A stretch of 64,000 nucleotides of DNA from a virus. Its lineage: Duplodnaviria > Caudoviricetes. Below are positions 1-7,558 of the stretch, piece by piece. Location of the stretch: positions 20,154-84,153 of IMG/VR virus record IMGVR_UViG_3300033066_000360; one strand, given 5' to 3'. Positions within the stretch are counted from its first letter, which is position 1, and each line of letters opens with the position of its first letter. Both the position numbers and the translations under genes were made by a program. The notes beneath the pieces are model-generated. The model made no database searches. It was given only the letters and a program-made list of their open reading frames with translations, and was not told where the DNA came from.

Positions 1-1
1 T

Positions 2-244
2 GAAGCGGCGATTCGTGAGAATCCAGACGCAGATCGAATCATTGTCATCACGGATGAACAGTCCAGTGATCGTGTGTCTTCTCCAAAGATGCGTGGTTAC
101 ATGGTGAATGTTGCCAGCTACCAGAACGGTGTTGGTTACGGCGGCAATTGGACTCATATCAATGGGTTCAGCGAAAACGTTTTGAGCTTCATTTCTGCTC
201 TTGAGAATGGAGTTATCACAGGCACAGAGGATGAGGAGGAATAA
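2..244 (+). CDS. TROVE/Ro60-like RNA-binding protein, C-terminal vWA end (partial, starts before the window)
   Basis: Frame 2 reads EAAIRENPDADRIIVITDEQ...YMVNVASYQNGVGYGGNWTHINGFSENVLSFI, the typical C-terminus of bacterial/phage TROVE proteins; TAA at 242-244. Confidence 0.8.
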   Translation, partial: EAAIRENPDADRIIVITDEQSSDRVSSPKMRGYMVNVASYQNGVGYGGNWTHINGFSENVLSFISALENGVITGTEDEEE

Positions 245-618
245 TGACAACTTTTGCAAGGATCGACTTTTCGAAATTCAAAACTCAGTATGCCACGACC
301 GAGAAACAGGTCAAGCGTACCGATGATCTCAAACAGAAGAAGGCGCGTATCGCTCTGGCGGCTATTAAAGCCGCACGAGCCAAGGAGCATAACAAGGCTC
401 GTTTCCGGCATCTGCTTCCGCGCTACAAGGCGTACGTTAAGTGGTGCGAGAACGATCAGGAGCGAGTCTACACCGCAAGGTGGGTGATGCGTCTCTTTGA
501 TTACGTGGTTGAACTCGGTTACCAGCCGGAGAAGTGGGATCAGCCAAACGACAGCCTTTGGGCGTGGAAAGAGTGCCTGCTTGCGTATTCTCGGCACCGC
601 ATCAAGGAACTGAGCTAG
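244..618 (+). CDS. hypothetical protein
   Basis: ORF, GAGGAG SD, coupled to the upstream stop. Confidence 0.7.
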   Translation: MTTFARIDFSKFKTQYATTEKQVKRTDDLKQKKARIALAAIKAARAKEHNKARFRHLLPRYKAYVKWCENDQERVYTARWVMRLFDYVVELGYQPEKWDQPNDSLWAWKECLLAYSRHRIKELS

Positions 619-625
619 GTAAATT

Positions 626-654
626 GGGGAAGAGGGGAAACTCTCTTCCCCTTT
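626..654 (+). terminator. GC-rich hairpin, possible terminator or processing stem
   Basis: GGGGAAGAG...CTCTTCCCC followed by TTT. Confidence 0.45.
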
Positions 655-670
655 CCACAGGAGGAACATC

Positions 671-976
671 ATGAGTTACTATTCCAATACTTTCCGAACG
701 GAAATTGAAGATGCTCGCAAAAGTGCGCGAAAGGCCATTCTGAAGGGAATCATTGACTGGTTCAATAAAAAGAGCGTGGTTTCGTTTTATTATCCCACCA
801 CCCGAGACATGGAAGAACTTCGCGCAAAGATGAAGCTCGCTGACTACATACATACACGTGATGGCGGAGAATGGTACACAAAGGCGCAACTCCGACAGGG
901 TTCCCCTGAAATTATCTGCACATACCATGGACTCCAAGAGTTTGTGACCAACGAGTATTGGAAGCTTAGCGCATAG
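671..976 (+). CDS. hypothetical protein
   Basis: ORF with GGAGG SD. Confidence 0.7.
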   Translation: MSYYSNTFRTEIEDARKSARKAILKGIIDWFNKKSVVSFYYPTTRDMEELRAKMKLADYIHTRDGGEWYTKAQLRQGSPEIICTYHGLQEFVTNEYWKLSA

Positions 977-987
977 CCCTACCGGAC
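976..987. repeat. variant copy of the GCCCTACCGGGC motif (GCCCTACCGGAC)
   Basis: 11/12 match, directly at a stop codon. Confidence 0.6.
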
Positions 988-1002
988 TTAAAGGAGGTTC
1001 CG

Positions 1003-1581
1003 ATGAGTAGACTTTGGTTTCTAGGTGACGTACATGCAAAGTTTGACAAAATGGAGCCTCTTGTCCGGAAAATAAAGGCTCCGATTATCCAAGTCGGAGA
1101 TTTTGGTTTTGGCTTTGCGCCACTGCCAGAGCAGCCCAATAATCTTCGAGTTGTCTGTGGCAATCATGACAATAGAGGAGATACCTATGGGTGGGATAAT
1201 GTGTATCGGCATTGGGATTATGACTTTGTTGCCGGAAAGCCCGTGTTCGTGATTTCGGGTGGCTATTCTGTTGATCGAGACAGGAGAACAATAGGCATAG
1301 ATCTTTGGGAAGATGAAGAAATGAATCTCCCGATGATGCAGAGATGCCTTGACTACTATCGAAAAGTCAAGCCCAAGTTGTTGGTGAGTCATGAACCGCC
1401 AACATGGGTCAAAGAGAGTCTTGGATTTAAAGGATCTAGAACATCGGACCTAATTCAAGCGTGTCTTGAGATCAGCAGTCCAGAACTTCATGTTTTTGGA
1501 CATCTACACAAGTCTTTCCAGTGGGAAAGGAATGGGTGTCAATTTAAGTCTCTTGGAGAGCTTGAGTTGTGGCATCCCTAG
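1003..1581 (+). CDS. calcineurin-like metallophosphoesterase
   Basis: GDVH, GDFG, GNHD, SH, HVFGHLH motifs. Confidence 0.9.
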   Translation: MSRLWFLGDVHAKFDKMEPLVRKIKAPIIQVGDFGFGFAPLPEQPNNLRVVCGNHDNRGDTYGWDNVYRHWDYDFVAGKPVFVISGGYSVDRDRRTIGIDLWEDEEMNLPMMQRCLDYYRKVKPKLLVSHEPPTWVKESLGFKGSRTSDLIQACLEISSPELHVFGHLHKSFQWERNGCQFKSLGELELWHP

Positions 1582-1590
1582 GAGGATTTT

Positions 1591-1842
1591 ATGAACTACA
1601 GGGAGATCAGAAAGGACAAGGTAGCCGCTGCCCATTATGATCAGTGGATTAAGGACAACCCCGACAAAGCTGATGCCATGGGAGAGTTGTCGGCTGATCT
1701 TGAGGCAACAATCGCGACAATCGCAGTCTTTCATGGAATGGGATTGGTTGCATTCATTAAGGATGAAGCCGAAAGAAACATTAACCAAATTCTGGAGAAG
1801 ATGGAAGCTTTGGGATACAAGTTTCTGCTCAAGGAGGAGTGA
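1591..1842 (+). CDS. hypothetical protein
   Basis: ORF with SD. Confidence 0.65.
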   Translation: MNYREIRKDKVAAAHYDQWIKDNPDKADAMGELSADLEATIATIAVFHGMGLVAFIKDEAERNINQILEKMEALGYKFLLKEE

Positions 1843-2123
1843 TGGGAATGATGAATCAAAGGGAGGAGCAGATTGTTCATCTGCATCACTCACAGGTGCA
1901 GGACTTTTTTGCTATCGCAGAAGCGATTCGCAAAGATTATCGTGACTACGCAACGGGTATTAAGTGTCCCGTTTTGACTCGCGGAGACATTGCGGATCGG
2001 TTTCGCGGGTTTTGGGATGTTCACAAGAATCAGTACTCGTTTCCTGGGTACACAAAAGTAACGGTAAAGAAGATCGCCCTAGAGGTGGTTCGCTATTACC
2101 ATGGGGAGGTGGCAAATGTTTGA
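1839..2123 (+). CDS. hypothetical protein
   Basis: ORF overlapping the upstream stop; start uncertain. Confidence 0.6.
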   Translation: MMGMMNQREEQIVHLHHSQVQDFFAIAEAIRKDYRDYATGIKCPVLTRGDIADRFRGFWDVHKNQYSFPGYTKVTVKKIALEVVRYYHGEVANV

Positions 2124-2310
2124 TCTTGCACAAGCAAAGACGCTTATTGAGACTATTGTGTTATTGATTATATCGTTGTGGACATTCAAAACACGATCCG
2201 ATTGGAATCAAGATGGTCCAATCTGGCGGGTTCTCAATATCTTCATCATCATATTCCTTATCTGGCAGTACGTCACTCTTCGCGGAATGAAGGTGACAGT
2301 AGGAGGTTAG
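2116..2310 (+). CDS. small membrane protein
   Basis: Two hydrophobic segments, GGAGG SD. Confidence 0.6.
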   Translation: MFDLAQAKTLIETIVLLIISLWTFKTRSDWNQDGPIWRVLNIFIIIFLIWQYVTLRGMKVTVGG

Positions 2311-2311
2311 T

Positions 2312-2617
2312 GTGGGCAATCTAAAGATGCTCGTCTGTGCCTTGATTGACGCAGGGCGTGAAGTCAAGGTTGTTCCAGATCATCGAAGATGGTTCGTTTC
2401 CTTTACTCTTGGTGGTGTTGCGGAGGAGAATCCCCGCTGGACTACTTATGAGAAGTTTGTAGTTGAGTTTGCCGCCGACTGGATCTTCCTCTCCACCGAG
2501 CACTTCGGAGACGCAGATGGAGAGAGGCATCAGAGATGGCAGGAAAAAGATGATGAGGTATTCTCGGAAACAGAAGCTTGGAAGAAACTTTTGAGGAGGA
2601 TCCAAAGTGGCCTCTAA
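2312..2617 (+). CDS. hypothetical protein
   Basis: ORF (GTG start) with SD. Confidence 0.6.
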   Translation: MGNLKMLVCALIDAGREVKVVPDHRRWFVSFTLGGVAEENPRWTTYEKFVVEFAADWIFLSTEHFGDADGERHQRWQEKDDEVFSETEAWKKLLRRIQSGL

Positions 2618-2897
2618 AATCCCTGAGAATTATTTCCCGCTGGAAAAGGATGAGCGCGTTCAATGGTTTTCTTCTCCTCATGAAGATACGGTTCTCGTGA
2701 AAACAAGATATCCGGCAATCTTTGTGGAGGAAATATCGCTTTGGCACATCATTCTTGTCCCAATTCTTACGGAAAACGAATGGACTTGGTTCAAGATTAC
2801 TCAGCGCGAAAATCCAGAATGGGTCGTGTTTCGATGGGAACTGGATCGGATGCTCATTGCAATCTGTAATGCACATCCTGATAAGGAGGTTGAATGA
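2607..2897 (+). CDS. hypothetical protein
   Basis: ORF in the operon-like run. Confidence 0.55.
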   Translation: MASKIPENYFPLEKDERVQWFSSPHEDTVLVKTRYPAIFVEEISLWHIILVPILTENEWTWFKITQRENPEWVVFRWELDRMLIAICNAHPDKEVE

Positions 2898-3058
2898 ACA
2901 GGTGGGTCTTAATCCGCTTTGCTTGTTACTATACGGGATACCTTCTTTTTAAGATAGTGTTGGGATTTCAGTGGGAATGGATTATTGAGATCCCAGTTTG
3001 TCTGTTCTATCTAGTGTTGAGTGCAATTCTTTCTTGGGAAAAACAGGAGGCAAAATGA
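2894..3058 (+). CDS. small membrane protein (54 aa, not in the ORF track)
   Basis: AGGAGG SD, ATGA overlap, MNRWVLIRFACYYTGYLLFKIVLGF...EKQEAK. Confidence 0.55.
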   Translation: MNRWVLIRFACYYTGYLLFKIVLGFQWEWIIEIPVCLFYLVLSAILSWEKQEAK

Positions 3059-3222
3059 TTCTCAAAAAGCTTTTCTGGGCGCTATTCTTTTTCTCTGGAG
3101 CACTTCTTGCCCACTGGATTATGAATCAGCTAATTGGAGTTCCACTGATATTCATACCAATCTTTCACATTCCAATGTTTATCTTCTCTTTGGTGCTCTC
3201 AATAGTCAGTAAGGATGATTAA
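3055..3222 (+). CDS. small membrane protein
   Basis: AGGAGG SD, hydrophobic. Confidence 0.6.
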   Translation: MILKKLFWALFFFSGALLAHWIMNQLIGVPLIFIPIFHIPMFIFSLVLSIVSKDD

Positions 3223-3246
3223 ACAACCGCCCTACCCTATCGTGTT

Positions 3247-3258
3247 GCCCTACCGGGC
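3247..3258. repeat. GCCCTACCGGGC hairpin motif
   Basis: Exact copy, intergenic; partial copy GCCCTACCC at 3229. Confidence 0.8.
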
Positions 3259-3292
3259 TAGCAGAGTGGGTGTTTTTACTAGGAAATAATGT

Positions 3293-3508
3293 ATGACAAA
3301 TCGAAATGAACGGCTCAAACTTGTTGCGGCAGAGAAGCGTGCTCTTGGCTTTCCACCTGTTTCACCAAGCAAATATGCTTACTATGACCAGACTGAAGTA
3401 GCTCTAAAGTCAATGGAGCGTATCAAAGAGATTGCTAAGGACTTGATGGCAGAGAAGAAGCGTCTTCGAAGCGCAGTTCGACAACTCGTAAAAATGAAGG
3501 TAGAATAA
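3293..3508 (+). CDS. hypothetical protein
   Basis: ORF with SD. Confidence 0.6.
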   Translation: MTNRNERLKLVAAEKRALGFPPVSPSKYAYYDQTEVALKSMERIKEIAKDLMAEKKRLRSAVRQLVKMKVE

Positions 3509-3515
3509 TCTTCAT

Positions 3516-3589
3516 GCCCTTGTAGCTCATCGGACCAGAGCAGGAAGTTTCTACCTTCAAGGCAGGGGGTTCAATTCCCTCCAAGGGTA
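3516..3589 (+). tRNA. trnR: tRNA-Arg(TCT)
   Basis: Cloverleaf, anticodon loop TTTCTAC, T-loop TTCAATT. Confidence 0.85.
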
Positions 3590-3604
3590 TCCATAGGAGG
3601 ATAT

Positions 3605-3838
3605 ATGAATTTGTATTGCGGAACAATTGTTGGTCGGATTAATGGCGATGTAAAGAAAGTTGTTTCTTGCTATCGACTGGCAAAAACAGAAGAGAAAGCA
3701 AAGGCAAGCATAGCCAAAGATTACAAGGATCTTGATGAATTGTCTATTTGCATAGATCTCATTGATCCTGAAGTAATTCGCGCTTGGTACGAGAAGGTTG
3801 TTATCGAGCCTATCGGGGAGGGTCTAGATGTTTCCTGA
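3605..3838 (+). CDS. hypothetical protein
   Basis: ORF with GGAGG SD. Confidence 0.65.
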   Translation: MNLYCGTIVGRINGDVKKVVSCYRLAKTEEKAKASIAKDYKDLDELSICIDLIDPEVIRAWYEKVVIEPIGEGLDVS

Positions 3839-4034
3839 TCCAGATGTATGGCGGTGGGGTAGAGATGACTCCGAACCACCGGACAATCCGTATAAACATT
3901 TAGAAGAAGAAGACGATGAAGATGGTGATCCTGATCTTTGGGAGGATGAAGAGGAGTTGATTGTGGAAGGTGAGCCAGTAAACGAAATGGATTGGCTTAT
4001 TTCTTATGTCTCTCTAGTGCATCATCGTCTATAA
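3828..4034 (+). CDS. small highly acidic protein
   Basis: D/E-rich ORF with SD. Confidence 0.55.
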   Translation: MFPDPDVWRWGRDDSEPPDNPYKHLEEEDDEDGDPDLWEDEEELIVEGEPVNEMDWLISYVSLVHHRL

Positions 4035-4035
4035 T
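4030..4035 (+). promoter_or_regulatory. -10 element upstream of the tRNA array
   Basis: TATAAT about 20 nt upstream of tRNA-Leu(TAG). Confidence 0.45.
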
Positions 4036-4054
4036 GTTTCCAATCGGAAACAGT

Positions 4055-4137
4055 GCAACCATGGTGAAATGGCAGTCACAGCAGGCTTAGAACCTGCCGC
4101 CCTAAAAAGCGTGGGGGTTCAAGTCCCTCTGGTTGTA
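4055..4137 (+). tRNA. trnL: tRNA-Leu(TAG)
   Basis: GCAGG-CTTAGAA-CCTGC arm, long variable arm. Confidence 0.9.
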
Positions 4138-4248
4138 TATGCAGAGCAGGCACTCCTGTAGACACGGCGCTATGCAGAAGGTGGCTATACCGGTAGGATC
4201 CTACTGGGACGAGCGGAAGCGAGAGATACCTCCCATTCTCTCTTAAAT

Positions 4249-4330
4249 GCAAGTATGGCGGAATGGCATACGCGGGAGCCTGAGAAGCTCTGCTCGAAAG
4301 GGCGTGAAGGTTCGAGTCCTTCTATTTGCA
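4249..4330 (+). tRNA. trnL: tRNA-Leu(GAG)
   Basis: Loop CTGAGAA, long variable arm. Confidence 0.9.
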
Positions 4331-4429
4331 CTGCATTCGATGGTGTCTGCGCGGAGTCCGGAATCATCTGGCAGAACTAGAGAACCGGCCCACAACATGG
4401 CCAAGTTAGTGGGGAATCCGTAAATTCAT

Positions 4430-4502
4430 GGAGAAGTAGCCCAACGGCAGAGGCAACAGTCTCAAGAACTGTTTAGTGAGAGTTCGAATCTCTCTTTCTC
4501 TA
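4430..4502 (+). tRNA. trnL: tRNA with CAA (Leu) anticodon, short variable region
   Basis: ACAGT-CTCAAGA-ACTGT, 5-nt variable loop. Confidence 0.8.
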
Positions 4503-4569
4503 CTGACCGCTCCTTGTGGTTTCTTTTTGTTTTGTAGCTTTTTGTTTTCCACAAGGGGATGGTCTCCAT

Positions 4570-4644
4570 GCAAGTGTGAGGCAACCGGCAGACCTGATAC
4601 ACTTAAAATGTGTCGTTCTATGGGTTCAAATCCCATCACTTGTA
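4570..4644 (+). tRNA. trnL: tRNA-Leu(TAA), short variable region
   Basis: ATACA-CTTAAAA-TGTGT, 6-nt variable region. Confidence 0.85.
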
Positions 4645-4661
4645 TCTAATATGAATATAAT

Positions 4662-4735
4662 GGGGAAATGCGCTAATGGTTAACGCGAACAATCTTATAA
4701 ATTGTTGATTGAACGTTCAAGTCGTTCTTTCCCTA
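4662..4735 (+). tRNA. trnI: tRNA-Ile(TAT)
   Basis: ACAAT-CTTATAA-ATTGT, A73. Confidence 0.85.
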
Positions 4736-4768
4736 CTACCACAAAAGAAGAACTTTTTTGTGTATATA

Positions 4769-4879
4769 CGGTCAAGGTGGCTAATGTGTTGGTTGATAGC
4801 TGCGAGAGTCTGGCGAGCACTTTCAATTGGCATCCACTACGTGGCGTATGTCGGACGGTGAGCATGGTCATGTGTTGAC
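4769..4879 (+). ncRNA. candidate ncRNA closed by a GGTCAA/TTGACC terminal stem
   Basis: End-to-end pairing of an inter-tRNA spacer of about 110 nt. Confidence 0.3.
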
Positions 4880-4930
4880 CCAGAAGTACAGCATGAATCA
4901 GCCGTGGGAAGCCGATAGATTCCCAAATAC

Positions 4931-5003
4931 ACACTGTTAACTCATCGGTCAGAGTGCCTTTCTTACAAATAGGAAGCAGGGGGTTCAATTCCCTCACAGT
5001 GTA
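4931..5003 (+). tRNA. trnV: tRNA-Val(TAC)
   Basis: Loop CTTACAA, acceptor ACACTGT/ACAGTGT. Confidence 0.9.
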
Positions 5004-5054
5004 TAGATGGTTAGTAGATATATCGCGCGTTAGGTATCGAAAGCCATCTTTCAT

Positions 5055-5127
5055 GCTCTATTGGGCAAGCGGCCAAGCCACCTCTCCTTCAAAGAGGCAA
5101 TCGTGGGTTCGAATCCCACATAGAGTA
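5055..5127 (+). tRNA. trnE: tRNA-Glu(TTC), C at position 33
   Basis: CCTCT-CCTTCAA-AGAGG. Confidence 0.85.
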
Positions 5128-5129
5128 CT

Positions 5130-5220
5130 GTTCCTAGTGAGTCCAAGGTTCGGTAAGGAACACATTCACTTTCGGTTGAAAGTGGTGTAAAGCAGGAATC
5201 CGACTTCTCACGTTTCCTGC
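5130..5220 (+). ncRNA. three-hairpin RNA with loop1-loop3 complementarity
   Basis: Stems GTTCCT/AGGAAC, CACTTTC/GAAAGTG, GCAGGAA/TTCCTGC; loops GTGAG..AAG..TCGG vs CCGA-CTT-CTCAC. Confidence 0.55.
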
Positions 5221-5225
5221 GCTAT

Positions 5226-5297
5226 GCTTCGGAAGCCGAAGGGATAGGCGCTACTCTGTCTAAGTAGTTGAAGTGGGTTCAAATCCCATCCGGGGCG
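5226..5297 (+). tRNA. trnD: tRNA-Asp(GTC)
   Basis: CTACT-CTGTCTA-AGTAG. Confidence 0.9.
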
Positions 5298-5404
5298 CTA
5301 AATAGTAGGAGGATCAAAATAACGCTTGTTCTCGGTCTAAAATGACCAACCACTACTATGATGAAGATGTATTACTTGTAAGAGTGTCAACAATACGTCT
5401 TTAT

Positions 5405-5477
5405 GCTTCTTTCGGCAAGCGGCTTAAGCCACTTGGTTCTCAACCAAGAGATCGCCGGTTCGAATCCGGCAAGAAGC
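5405..5477 (+). tRNA. trnE: tRNA-Glu(CTC)
   Basis: CTTGG-TTCTCAA-CCAAG. Confidence 0.9.
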
Positions 5478-5578
5478 ACTTGGAGTGATGGATATAACTC
5501 CAGCGTAACAGCCATGGATGAAGCGTGTCCACGCATAGATTCTAGGTATCATGTAGAATACGTGAAGTTCTACAAAGT

Positions 5579-5649
5579 AGCAGGGTAGAGTAGCGGCCAC
5601 TCACCGGCCTCATAAGCCGTTTACACGGGTTCGATTCCCGTTCCTGCCA
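5579..5649 (+). tRNA. trnM: tRNA-Met(CAT), A1:C72 mismatch (initiator-like)
   Basis: CGGC-CTCATAA-GCCG; unpaired 1:72. Confidence 0.8.
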
Positions 5650-5718
5650 TCACTATCTCTATGGCGCACATGAGATAGCGTCCCGTAAACGGGGGACCGT
5701 ACGTGAACTGGTCATTAT

Positions 5719-5792
5719 CTGGGTATAGCTCAATCTGGAAGAGCACTTGCTTTGGGAGCAAGACGTTAGGGGTTCAAATCCCTTTACCTAGA
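5719..5792 (+). tRNA. trnP: tRNA-Pro(TGG) copy 1
   Basis: CTTGC-TTTGGGA-GCAAG. Confidence 0.9.
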
Positions 5793-5805
5793 CTCAGTTC
5801 ATGTT

Positions 5806-5941
5806 TGGATTGGCTCGCCCGATTAAGCTACTAGTGGCTGTAATCGTACCCCTCAACAGGGTAAAAGCGTCCCCTTCTGAATCCCCTGAACTGCCGTAAG
5901 AAAACTTGTTGAGAGTTTTCGTGGAGTACGTTAAAAGCTCC
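5806..5941 (+). ncRNA. multi-hairpin RNA with a perfect 7-nt kissing-loop pair
   Basis: TACCC-CTCAACA-GGGTA (5847-5863) and GAAAACT-TGTTGAG-AGTTTTC (5900-5920); the loops are exact reverse complements. Confidence 0.65.
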
Positions 5942-5945
5942 ATAT

Positions 5946-6020
5946 ATAGGTGTATATCAGTCTGGTCAGATTGCTCCCCTTGGAAGGGAGTGGGCACAGG
6001 TTCAAATCCTGTCACCTATA
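5946..6020 (+). tRNA. trnP: tRNA-Pro(TGG) copy 2 (A37)
   Basis: CTCCC-CTTGGAA-GGGAG. Confidence 0.85.
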
Positions 6021-6122
6021 CTCTGATGAATTTCGCTGAATCGTCTAAGGACGAAGGAGCGGGAAATCGAAGACGTAATCAATGTGTCATAGCATCGAGA
6101 GGCATACGATAAGTGCCAAAAC

Positions 6123-6205
6123 GGAAGGACGGCAATAGGCGTAGTACACTGTCTTGAAAACAGAAAGCCGTAAAAGGCTTGTGGGTTCGACTCCCACTCC
6201 TTCCT
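6123..6205 (+). tRNA. trnS: tRNA-Ser(TGA)
   Basis: Loop CTTGAAA, long variable arm. Confidence 0.9.
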
Positions 6206-6308
6206 CTGGATCCCTTGCTTTGGGCATGTAGCTACTAGGCGGCGGCAAGAAGTGGTCTGGATACATCTAGCTAATATAAGCTCTATGGCCCAATATGGTG
6301 TATCTTAT

Positions 6309-6394
6309 GGAAAGGTGACGGAATCTGGTAATCGTTCCTCTTTGCTAAAGAGTGAGTCCGTAAGGACACGCAGGTTCAAATCCTGTCCTTTCCT
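6309..6394 (+). tRNA. trnS: tRNA-Ser(GCT)
   Basis: Loop TTGCTAA, long variable arm. Confidence 0.9.
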
Positions 6395-6398
6395 CTGT

Positions 6399-6471
6399 GC
6401 CGCTCTAGCTCAAATGGTAGAGCACTAGTCTGAAGAACTGGGGGCAATGGGATCGTTACCCATGGGCGGCT
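6399..6471 (+). tRNA. trnF: tRNA-Phe(GAA), atypical T-loop ATCGTTA
   Basis: CTAGT-CTGAAGA-ACTGG. Confidence 0.85.
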
Positions 6472-6476
6472 TGTAT

Positions 6477-6560
6477 GAGCAGAAGTCAGATACGGTTTGC
6501 TTGTGACTGTCTGTAAAACAGTTCCCTTCGGGGGTGGGGGTTCGAATCCCTCTCTGCTCA
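6477..6560 (+). tRNA. trnY: tRNA-Tyr(GTA)
   Basis: ACTGT-CTGTAAA-ACAGT, long variable arm. Confidence 0.9.
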
Positions 6561-6561
6561 C

Positions 6562-6590
6562 TTGACAAATCTCCAAATGGAGAGTATTGT
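6562..6590 (+). promoter_or_regulatory. sigma70-type promoter upstream of tRNA-Asn
   Basis: TTGACA-17 nt-TATTGT. Confidence 0.65.
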
Positions 6591-6600
6591 GTTTGTATGT

Positions 6601-6673
6601 TCCCGTGTAGCTCAGGGGTAGTAGCAGCGCACTGTTAATGCGCCAGTCGTTGGTTCAAATCCAGCCATGGGAG
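6601..6673 (+). tRNA. trnN: tRNA-Asn(GTT)
   Basis: GCGCA-CTGTTAA-TGCGC. Confidence 0.92.
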
Positions 6674-6707
6674 CCTATTTCCGACTGGAAATAAATAGGA
6701 GGAATAA

Positions 6708-7139
6708 ATGAAGAGGTTACTTGTGTTATGGGTCGCGCTCGGCTTGATGTTTGCTGCATGTGGTGCGCCTACTGGCGATAGAAGCTATGGTGTTGCCAAG
6801 AGGCTTGGAGAGGGGCGGCATATCGTGTCGAATGTCGAGAAGCTCAACAATGGCATGAATGTGATCTGGTTCTTTGGAGAGAACGATTACGTTTACTGTA
6901 CGTTTGATGACAAATTGGCTGCAATGGCTCGTGCAATCAAGAACGATCCGGGTCCAAATGACGGAATTGCTCTGTATGAATACAGAGATTTCATCACTGG
7001 AGATCCTGAGTTTGGGCTAGATCCATCTGGTTATTACTGGTGGTCTACTTGTGGGGTTGGAATTACTGCCACATACAAGTCCAAGCTAATGTCCATCAAG
7101 CCATTGCGTCCACTAGTGAATGAAGTGGTTTTGAGATAA
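6708..7139 (+). CDS. predicted lipoprotein
   Basis: Signal peptide with lipobox FAAC. Confidence 0.7.
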   Translation: MKRLLVLWVALGLMFAACGAPTGDRSYGVAKRLGEGRHIVSNVEKLNNGMNVIWFFGENDYVYCTFDDKLAAMARAIKNDPGPNDGIALYEYRDFITGDPEFGLDPSGYYWWSTCGVGITATYKSKLMSIKPLRPLVNEVVLR

Positions 7140-7172
7140 CTAAATAGTCGGGATGTTACAATCCCGGCATAC

Positions 7173-7246
7173 GCTAATGTAGCTCAATCCGGCAGAGCAA
7201 CTCCTTTGTAACGAGAAGGTTGGAGGTTCAATTCCTCTCATTAGCT
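7173..7246 (+). tRNA. trnT: tRNA-Thr(TGT)
   Basis: Loop TTTGTAA. Confidence 0.88.
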
Positions 7247-7250
7247 TTGT

Positions 7251-7305
7251 GGGTCTGGATGTAAAGGCTGTCCTAGGCGTGTCGGTTCAACTCCGATCAG
7301 ATCCA
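7251..7305 (+). ncRNA. tRNA-like RNA lacking an anticodon arm, G3:U70/A73
   Basis: Acceptor GGGTCTG/CAGATCC-A, T-arm GTCGG-TTCAACT-CCGAT, only 23 nt between them. Confidence 0.65.
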
Positions 7306-7311
7306 CTAAAT

Positions 7312-7384
7312 GGGGACACATGTACCAAGGGGGCGACTGATACTTGCAATATCGGTGTGAGGAGTTCGATTCTCCTTGTTTCCA
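7312..7384 (+). tRNA. trnA: tRNA-Ala(TGC)
   Basis: Loop CTTGCAA, G3:U70. Confidence 0.9.
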
Positions 7385-7388
7385 CTAT

Positions 7389-7461
7389 GTATGCAGACTC
7401 AAACGGTGATGAGAACACTCTGATAAGGTGTCCGTGTGAGGTTCAATTCCTCTTGCATACA
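7389..7461 (+). tRNA. trnI: tRNA-Ile(GAT)
   Basis: ACACT-CTGATAA-GGTGT. Confidence 0.9.
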
Positions 7462-7466
7462 CTACA

Positions 7467-7478
7467 GCCCTACCGGGC
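7467..7478. repeat. GCCCTACCGGGC hairpin motif
   Basis: Exact copy between two tRNAs. Confidence 0.8.
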
Positions 7479-7484
7479 TAATAA

Positions 7485-7556
7485 GCACATATAGCTCAGT
7501 GGAAGAGTTAGCGCCTTCGAAGCGCGGGGTCGGGAGTTCGAATCTCTCTATGTGCT
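7485..7556 (+). tRNA. trnR: tRNA-Arg(TCG)
   Basis: GCGC-CTTCGAA-GCGC. Confidence 0.88.
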
Positions 7557-7558
7557 CT

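Noticed and set aside
4656-4661. TATAAT as promoter of tRNA-Ile(TAT)
   Set aside because: It abuts the first tRNA base, leaving no room for a start site upstream of the mature 5' end.
5233-5243. GCCGAAGG match to the bacterial Y RNA GNCGAA(N)G motif
   Set aside because: It lies in the D-arm of tRNA-Asp; the other matches (6052, 7812) are inside internal hairpins, not at a 5' end.
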